A program made the position numbers and the translations under genes. A stretch of DNA of 63,954 nt, filler included, from Reclinomonas americana ATCC 50394 (taxonomy: Eukaryota): NCBI GenBank assembly GCA_048213135.1. It is 6 parts of 3 records of this genome, joined end to end, with 100 filler letters (N's around TTAATTAATTAA, not from the genome) between each part and the next. Parts side by side here need not be neighbours in the genome. Positions count along the whole stretch, not along the records: positions 53,543 to 61,889 come from PS015119.1; positions 61,990 to 63,954 come from PS015121.1; 4 more parts are not named here. One strand, written 5' to 3'. Positions 55,843 to 63,954 of the stretch are shown here, piece after piece (the stretch's first letter is position 1; the number at the start of each line of letters is the position of its first letter). A model generated the notes under the pieces. The model did not search any database. It worked only from the letters and a program-made list of their open reading frames with translations, and was not told the origin of the DNA.

Positions 55843-58800
55843 CTATCTGTCCCGTCGACTCTGCCGACGAGTTGCGGAATGGGCCGATTGTGGACGCGAT
55901 CGCACTGCGGGGCTCACCAGTCCGGAGCTCGAGACGCTGTTGGTGGCAGTGGTGGCCTTACTGGCTGGTGACGATGGCGCAGGCCGCCGGCGGGTTGGAC
56001 TCACCGACGGCGAGATGGTCCAGTGTGGTCGAAATGCACTCAGCGTGCGCAGCAATCCACGAGACAGCCGATTGCCTGCATTTCCCACGCACCGCAAGAG
56101 TGTGAGGAAAGCAGAAGAGTGCGCTTCGCGCAGTGTGCACTACCACCCCCTCACCGCGATTGATGTCGACGAGATCGGTCTGCCGATTGAAGCGCAGTGC
56201 ATCTGTGGAGACGAGAGAAACATAAGTGGTGCTCAAGTATCCGACAACAGAAACAGGTACTGACCGGTGAGGAACCGCTGGCACTTGTCGCTGAATCCAT
56301 TGTCGCCGACATTGACTGCCCGAAGACTGCACGTTGGACCGGAGTTCACTTCGAGTGCAGCGCAGAGGCCGCGGATGGCACGGTACACGCAGTTGTTGCC
56401 TGCATTGTGTGTGATCAGTGACAAGCGACAGTGTGCATGGCAGTGGTGGTGACAACGACGGAACGACTAATGTCGAGTGTCTGCAACACGGTATTGCTGC
56501 GCAGACCCACTTGCAGTGCATCTTCGGCGTCGTCTGTCAAACCCGTGTCTTCGCATCATGTGAAGGGGGAAGAGCGTAAGCATGGAAAAAAAGATGATCA
56601 GTATGCTCGTGGCTTGCGATCGCAACTCGACAAGCCGAGGTGGAGCAAAGTGCTGGATCGGGGTTTTGATGATGAGAGGGTGCGAAATAATGCCATAGGA
56701 GACGACAATCACAAACGCACCTGTTGACACACAGCGCATACAGGAGCTGAAAGGCGTGTGTGCCCATCTCAGGGTTGTCTGCAAAATGAATGATGCACGT
56801 GAGGAACATGCGATATTCAAGAGGTACAGCTCAGCACGCAGGCCTCGGCCAGACCTTCGAGAACAAGAGATTGCAGCGAGCGGTTGCTACGAAGCAGTTC
56901 GGCCAGCAAGTGACCCGAATGGTGCGCCAGTCGATTATCTGCACTCCGCGAGTGAGCGAGACGAAAAGCACAGTTGCTGCTCCCACCAAGGGCATTCACG
57001 CAACGTGCCAAGTCCAGTTCCCGCAGTGTGGTGTTGTGCTGCAAGCCGTTGCACAGTTCGAGGACTCCGCGATCTTGCACAATGTTGCCACGGAGTGACA
57101 ATCGTCGCAGCGATCGATTCACACGCAGCGCTGTGCCCAGTCGTGCCACTGATGGGTCCACCAACGCAGTCCCTGCATGCGTGGAGAGGCAGTGAGAACG
57201 CGGCTACATGAGGGCGCACAGTGCTGCTGAGCAAAAAAAACGCAACAGTCGAGCACGAGAGCGGCAAGGGCACACTGAGCAGTGCCCAGATGCCGGCACA
57301 ACAGGGTAAAGCCAGCCACTCCCGGCGGTGATCGCGACAGATCGAGCAGTTGCAGTGCAGGTACAGCACAGACTCCACGCAAGAAGGCCTCCGTCTCCTT
57401 CTCAATGTTGCACTCTGCATTTCACCAATCAGACTCAGAACATTCTGTGCTTCAACGAGGAGGAGGAGACGCACGTTGCACACAGAGGCGCACAATGCCA
57501 CCGGCGTTCCCCAACAGCCCTTCGCCGAGGGCGCGCACATCGGCAGCCGTCAGTCGCATCTCTGTGTGATTGCAACATGAGGAATTGCTCACGATCAGTC
57601 GTAATGCAGCAGATCCAGCGGGCCGCAACTGATGAGTTCCAACTCGCGAAGCGTCGGAATGGCTCGAATCATGTCGCTCATGACGGGAATGCCGTATGGT
57701 CCGAGGTCGGTCTCTGCACGGCAGTGTGAATTGATGCATCGACATGAAGAGAATGCGAGTGAAGAACTGCGACGTACCACGCAGACGGATGGCCGCAATG
57801 TTGTGAAACGCATGTGAGAACTCGATAAACCTCTTGCCCGGGAAGAACGGCGGCGCCGACTCCCACACCTCGTTGTCAATGACAACCGTCGCATGTCTGC
57901 CGCGTAGCGAGTCAGGTTGCGCTGCCATAGAAGATCAGGAATGGCGACTCACTCACTCGTACCTGACAAGCAATCGGGAGAACCACGTGGACACCCGCCT
58001 GTGCCAGCGCCATTACATGAACAGAGCGATGAGAGATGAAGCTCGTGCGAGGTACAAAGTAACCACAAACCACAAGTATTGAACATCGTCGGCCGACAAG
58101 CACGACAGCACCAGCGCCCATAGTTCCTTGGTCAGTGTCGGCTGTGTGCGCAGGTCAGCATCGACAGTCACACAATCCAACACAACGGCGATGCGTACCC
58201 GTTCTGGCTCCGATGACATCAAGTCCACACTCTGCATGAGTCCGAGAATGGAGTGAGGTTAACAGAACTCCACACTATCACCACACAATGTGTACACGAG
58301 TCGCACCTGCTCACTGTCGTACTCCGACATGGACGAGGACGATGCCGAATACTGCAAAGAGGAAGACTGTGAGGCCATAGGCGACTACCAGCAGCGCAGC
58401 AATGGGAAACAGCACTCAACAATGGAAGATACACGGAGACCAGTGTCGGCACTGCGCATTCTGGTTGGACTGTCGCCCATCATAAGGTCGGTCATGAACT
58501 GCACGAGACTCGTCGTCAGTCACTTGCCCTCCATCACACAGACAACACAACCCATGCATGCTCACCGCTCGCGGCACCTCTGCCCCACCCGCAATGGAGG
58601 AACTACGCGAACGCATCGAACCCATGACTCGCAAGCCGAGAATCGAGTTGCTGCGCCCGCGCGACAAGGGCGACCCTTCCGGTGACACGGAGCTGCGAGT
58701 GCTGTCGTCGTCTGCCGTGGAGATTTTGGCAGGTGGTGGAGACCGCCGCGGCTCCTCCACGCCAGGTACATGGACGCGCCCCATGACCACGAATGCCGAC

Positions 58801-59934
58801 TGGGTGACGACCTCGGGGTGCTCTCGCAAAAATTGCTCCTGTCGCCGCCGGTTCTCCACCCACTGCTGCAGCGGTCGCTCGCCAGACAGATACCGCTGCA
58901 AATACTCGGCCTCAATCATCTCGCTCTGCCGCCGCTTCTGTTCCATGCGCTTGTCGCGCTCACGTTGTTCGATTTCCTCCGCGGTCGGCAGCTCCACCTG
59001 CATGACGCGCACCACACCGAGCATGGTCGACGTCTTGCGCATGCGATCTTCTGCGGACTCGGCCGTGGTAGCCGCAGTCGTCGGTGCCTTGCCTGTGATT
59101 CGCGAGGCCAGCAGACCGGCCATGCCGCGACCAAAGCGTGCTGCGTGCACGCGATGAGATGTTGAGTGTCATGAAGTACTTGGAAGTCAACATGATCGAC
59201 TCACCTGCAGCACCAGCGGTGGGTGCTGCCGCCGCTGCAGGTGCCGGCGCCGGAGCAGTCTCTGCTACCGGCGGTGGCGGTGGCAGCGCAGATTCCGGAG
59301 CAGGTTCCGGAACCGGCTCTGGCGCAGGCGCGGCAACCACCACCGGCTTCTCCGGCTCCACCATCGTCGCCGCAAAGCTACCCTTCCGCACGCGCGTGGA
59401 CGACCGCGGCCGCGTCATCGATCCCGACAACTCCATCATCATCTCCTCCCTCTCGGCCTTCATCAGCTTTGTGCGCTCCTCATCCGACATGTACAACGGC
59501 AGCGGCTGCTCCCGCAACTCACCCTGCCGCGTACGCCGCCCCGAGTAGATCACCGCCGCCGGCGATCGAAACCGCGCAGATGCCGCATCCGGCGGGTTAA
59601 ACAACGGATCATCGCGATCCCACGCCGCCAACACCGACTCATCATCATCGCCGTCATCATCACCGTCATCATCGACGCCAACACGACTAACAGCAGCAGC
59701 AGCGATCGAAGCCTTTCGTCGCTGAGCCACTGCACTCTCCTGCGCGTCGACGCTCGGTCGGACGATGACGGGTCGCGGAGCGGACGCTGCGTACTTTTGG
59801 AGGCGGGCCAGCGAGCTCGGAAGCTCCACCAACGCCGATCCACCGGTCGCCGCCGTCATTACGCTGCCGGCGCCATCGTCCTCGCTGCTGTCGGAGACGG
59901 AGGAGGGCGCACGTGGCGAGAACGCCGAAGCCAT
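55843..59934 (-). CDS. F-box and RI-type leucine-rich-repeat protein with a long disordered N-terminus
   Basis: Continuous spliced model: MASAFSPR..., F-box-like LTKELWALVLSCLSADDVQYLW|RVSTWF, then LRRs (LRRLSLRGNIVQDRGVLELCNGLQHNTTLRELDL; LRAVNVGDNGFSD). Confidence 0.7.
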
Positions 59935-60000
59935 GCTCGATAATCGGACTTGGGACAGCGCCTGAGCAGGACGACGGGGACGGATTGATTGACACACACG

Positions 60001-60738
60001 ATGGCGGCTGTGGAGCGCGAGGTGCTGCGATCGTGGCTGCAGTCGGCGGGCATTTCGCAGTATGAGGACAACTTCAAGGTATGGCTGCGTCGACGCGCGT
60101 GTGTGTGTCTTTGTGAGTGGAGTTGTCTCTGGTGGGCGTGTGTTTGTGAGAGAGACATCAGTTGTCGTTTGTTGTGAGCGCTACTGGGATCTGTGACTGT
60201 GCGCCTGGGTCTTTCTGTGGTGTGTCTCTCGTGTGTGTGCGTCTGTGGGAGGCGACTCGGGTGTGTGTGTGTTTGGGGTCGAACACGATTAAAACGGTCT
60301 GGTGATGGCCGTCTGTGAGGAAACACCCTCTCGCACGCCTCTCTCTCACACACACACGCACGTGCGTGTGGTGTGCGTCTCTATCGTCCACTTTCGTGCT
60401 GTGCCGGAGAGATGGGAGTGTGAGAGAGAGAGCAGAGACAGAGAAAGAGAGTGAGTGTGAGTTCAAGTGCCATGTCGAACCGCAACGGTCACATGATCAT
60501 TTTTGTGAGACAGATTCGATGCCGGTGATCCCTCTCTCACTCTCTCACCAAACACACAGGCCATTGGCATTGATGCCAGCAACCTGGTCACGCTGACCAT
60601 GCAGGACTATGCGCGTGTTGGTGTCGTTGATTTGCAGGATCGCAAGGTGCCCTTGTTGATTGATTTCACTCGCTCCACTCTCTGTGTGTCTCACACACGT
60701 GCTCTCTTGCCCATGTACACAGCGCCTGTTCCAGCTGA
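60001..60738 (+). CDS. N-terminal SAM domain of a KIF24-type kinesin-13, truncated by gap
   Basis: MAAVEREVLRSWLQSAGISQYEDNFK|AIGIDASNLVTLTMQDYARVGVVDLQDRK|RLFQL, close to the remembered KIF24 SAM motif TMxDYxxLGVxDxxDRKRLFQL. Confidence 0.8.
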
Positions 60739-61301
60739 NNNNNNNNNNNNNNNNNNNNNNNNNNNNNNNNNNNNNNNNNNNNNNNNNNNNNNNNNNNNNN
60801 NNNNNNNNNNNNNNNNNNNNNNNNNNNNNNNNNNNNNNNNNNNNNNNNNNNNNNNNNNNNNNNNNNNNNNNNNNNNNNNNNNNNNNNNNNNNNNNNNNNN
60901 NNNNNNNNNNNNNNNNNNNNNNNNNNNNNNNNNNNNNNNNNNNNNNNNNNNNNNNNNNNNNNNNNNNNNNNNNNNNNNNNNNNNNNNNNNNNNNNNNNNN
61001 NNNNNNNNNNNNNNNNNNNNNNNNNNNNNNNNNNNNNNNNNNNNNNNNNNNNNNNNNNNNNNNNNNNNNNNNNNNNNNNNNNNNNNNNNNNNNNNNNNNN
61101 NNNNNNNNNNNNNNNNNNNNNNNNNNNNNNNNNNNNNNNNNNNNNNNNNNNNNNNNNNNNNNNNNNNNNNNNNNNNNNNNNNNNNNNNNNNNNNNNNNNN
61201 NNNNNNNNNNNNNNNNNNNNNNNNNNNAGCTGTGGTGCAGTGAGAAAAGGTCAGTGACCGCCGCCGCCACCACCACCACCACCACCTGCCTCGCACTCAA
61301 C

Positions 61302-61889
61302 TTGTTTCCGCTCATTGAGCAAATCAAACAACTTGCCGCCGTAAATCTCAAAGAACGACACCCATACTTGCAGCTCGGGGTAGTCGACCAACCGCTCGTA
61401 AATGTCCTGGGCGGCCAGCAGGTACAATCCCACTACATCGTCCTTGCCCAGCATGGTGTACGTCTTGCCGGAGCCGGTCTGGCCGTACGCAAAGCACGTG
61501 GCCTTGCCGCGGTTGAAGACCACGTCAATCAGCGGCTGTGCTGTTCGCATGTACACCTGCGCACAGAATTTCGCGTCAGCAGCTGGAACGGAAGCAGTCT
61601 TGACTGGCACGACTGCACACCTCCTCGTTCGGGCAGTCCTCGTCAAACACCTCGTCAAACTGGAACTCGTGCGTCTCCACGTAGCGAGTCAGATCGACCT
61701 TGATCCTGCATGGTCCCGCATGTGAGCATTGAGGCCATCCCTCCTCTCTCTTTTTCTCTCTCTTCCGTGCGCAACTTGGGCTCGTGCACAATCAAATGCG
61801 ACTGATCCATCACACCCAGCACGTCGGCATCGGCACGGCCAGTCTCCTTGCGGTTCAGCGGACGCTTTCGCACCGCCACGCAAATCTTT
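61302..61889 (-). CDS. Kinesin-13 motor domain, N-terminal half
   Basis: [25 protein letters not shown] (KVD finger), [41 protein letters not shown]. Confidence 0.92.
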
Positions 61890-61933
61890 NNNNNNNNNNN
61901 NNNNNNNNNNNNNNNNNNNNNNNNNNNNNNNNN

Positions 61934-61945
61934 TTAATTAATTAA
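61934..61945. other. Artificial scaffold linker
   Basis: N44-TTAATTAATTAA-N44. Confidence 0.95.
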
Positions 61946-62067
61946 NNNNNNNNNNNNNNNNNNNNNNNNNNNNNNNNNNNNNNNNNNNNCTGCAAAGAGC
62001 GAGAGAGGCAAGAGAGTGAGAGTGAGCACAAGAGATGTCGCTTGTGTGCTGTCTCTCTCTCTCTCAC

Positions 62068-62536
62068 CGGGAAACTGGAACGCCTCGAGATCTTCCAACT
62101 CATCGCCCGAGTCGTCCTCCGGCTCCTCCTGTGCGGTCTCCTCCACAATGTACGTGTCCTCCTCCTCCTCTTGATGGTCCTCATTGATAGTCACATGCTT
62201 TGTCGCGTCCTCGCCACCCTCGAGCAGAGCATCGACATTCCCATTGTGGTCGCCGTCGTCGTCGTCCTCGTCGCCCTCATCCGCAGTCACTGTGCACGTG
62301 TGTGTGAGAGTGCATCAGTAGGTGTGAGTGTCTGTCTTTCTTACCAATGACCTCCTTGTCGGTGACCACCACTGTGTCGCCGTACATGGTCTCCATCACT
62401 CCATCCTCGTCGCCGGCATCAAGCATGCCTGGTGTGTGTGTGAACTGTGTGAGTGACTGAGAGAGAGTATGTGTGTGAGAGAGAGTGACGTGCACAGACC
62501 ATCGGCGCTGTCGTGAGCGACGCCGTCGTCGTCCAT
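62068..62536 (-). CDS. Very acidic N-terminal exons of an unidentified gene, continuing into the linker gap
   Basis: MDDDGVAHDSADG|MLDAGDEDGVMETMYGDTVVVTDKEVI|VTADEGDEDDDD...AFQFP, with GT-AG introns. Confidence 0.6.
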
Positions 62537-63528
62537 TGTATGTGGTGATCAACGTGCGGATGACGTGGCGAATGCATTGATTTGTCCCCGTTCGGATTTG
62601 CGATATCGAAATGTGCTTCTCCAGCGAAGAGGCGTGTGGGCAGCAAAGGAAACGCAACTGCATGGTCAGTGCCATTTGGAAGGATGTGTCAGAGACGGAG
62701 ACGTGCTGAACTGTGCGAGATGCAGACTGTTCCCGACTTGCAGTTGATCATGAATTCGAATTTGGAAGCTGCGATCGCGATATCGCGAGATCTAGAACCC
62801 TAACATACTCTAGAATTCTTCTGTCTTGTGTGTTTTTTTTTGCTGTCCTAGACAAATGGTTGGGCTTGGCTGTTGACTATTGGTTAATTTGGCGTTGTTG
62901 GAATTCGAATTCGCGCTGTGAGATGCTGACGCAACAACGCTGGTCTGGAAATCTATGTTTCGCAAAAATATGTGACCACAGCACCTCTGTCCCTGCTTCA
63001 ACAAAGGTGGCGAGCAAGTCGAAAGAGTATCCGTTTGAACTGGCATGTTTTCAGACATTGTGCACCACAACATTATTCTGTGCATTCCTCACCCGTAGCA
63101 CATCCACGCCTTCTCCCTTGTCCCTCTCCACCAACCCTTGATCATATTCACCCCACCTCCGAGAATAGAATCGGCACCGCTCATCATCAGTTTGTTTTTC
63201 CTGCTGACCGGCTATTTTTGCATGTGGGCCCGCTTTGATCAATGTGTGATGTTCGAAACCGGTTTTGTTGTTTCACCACCTGTCGNNNNNNNNNNNNNNN
63301 NNNNNNNNNNNNNNNNNNNNNNNNNNNNNNNNNNNNNNNNNNNNNNNNNNNNNNNNNNNNNNNNNNNNNNNNNNNNNNNNNNNNNNNNNNNNNNNNNNNN
63401 NNNNNNNNNNNNNNNNNNNNNNNNNNNNNNNNNNNNNNNNNNNNNNNNNNNNNNNNNNNNNNNNNNNNNNNNNNNNNNNNNNNNNNNNNNNNNNNNNNNN
63501 NNNNNNNNNNNNNNNNNNNNNNNNNNNN

Positions 63529-63912
63529 AACTCGGTGATGTCCGTGTGGCCAAACTGCGCGGCCACATGCAGCGGTGTGCTGCCGCGAGCCACATCACGA
63601 TGCCGATTGCGTGAATCCAATCGCGCCCCATGGCTGCAGCAGCAGGCGGCACATATCGAAGTGTCCCTCTCGCACCGCCAGCCACAGGGCCGAGAAGTCG
63701 GCGCGGGAGGGCGCGCCGTGTCTGCGCTCCTCCGCCACCACCATGCGCTGCGCCAGCAGCTGCTGTGCTGTGCCCACATCGCCAGTCTCCACCGCCTCGA
63801 AGAACAAGTCAATGGGCCGCTCGATGAACGCCGCCGATGCTGCCGCTGGTGGTGCGGCACCGTGTGTGGGACTCGCACTGCGCGACTTGGGCAACACACT
63901 GGTCTCCGCCAT
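63529..63912 (-). CDS. Ankyrin-repeat protein N-terminus with an apparent 1-nt frameshift
   Basis: FFEAVETGDVGTAQQLL, SALWLAVREGHFDMCRLLL, then in another frame HGARLD...GSTPLHVAAQFGHTDITE. Confidence 0.75.
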
Positions 63913-63954
63913 TGTTTTTTTTTTCCGGTGTGGTTGGTCTCTGCTCACAGCGCG

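Overview
Gapped draft-assembly segment from a flagellated unicellular eukaryote, rich in introns (mostly about 50-85 nt) and in microsatellites. Five artificial N44-TTAATTAATTAA-N44 scaffold linkers are present. Manually spliced host genes: an ARM-repeat protein, a WD40 protein, SF-assemblin, a three-HMG-box protein, NSUN5, a CFAP157/BBOF1-like coiled-coil protein, NUP205, WASHC4, TMEM144, an F-box/LRR protein, a KIF24-type kinesin-13 (SAM domain and motor on opposite strands across a gap), an ankyrin protein and several unknowns. At 7-17 kb, two decayed, oppositely oriented copies of an RLE-type (R2/R4/NeSL-like) non-LTR retrotransposon flank two orphan genes, and one copy contains a ~100-bp fragment of a bacterial AhpD/CMD-type gene. 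The strongest unexplained signal is in the splice code. At least 34 introns begin with GTTGCG, and a few more with GTTGTG, GTTGAG, GTTTCG or GTTCTG. These donors carry G at +6 instead of +5, and 32 of the 34 also lack the exonic -1 G. They look like the ordinary G|GTGCG donor cut one nucleotide earlier, which suggests an abundant second class of shifted-register 5' splice sites. All gene models and family calls come from manual reading and remembered homology; no searches were run.
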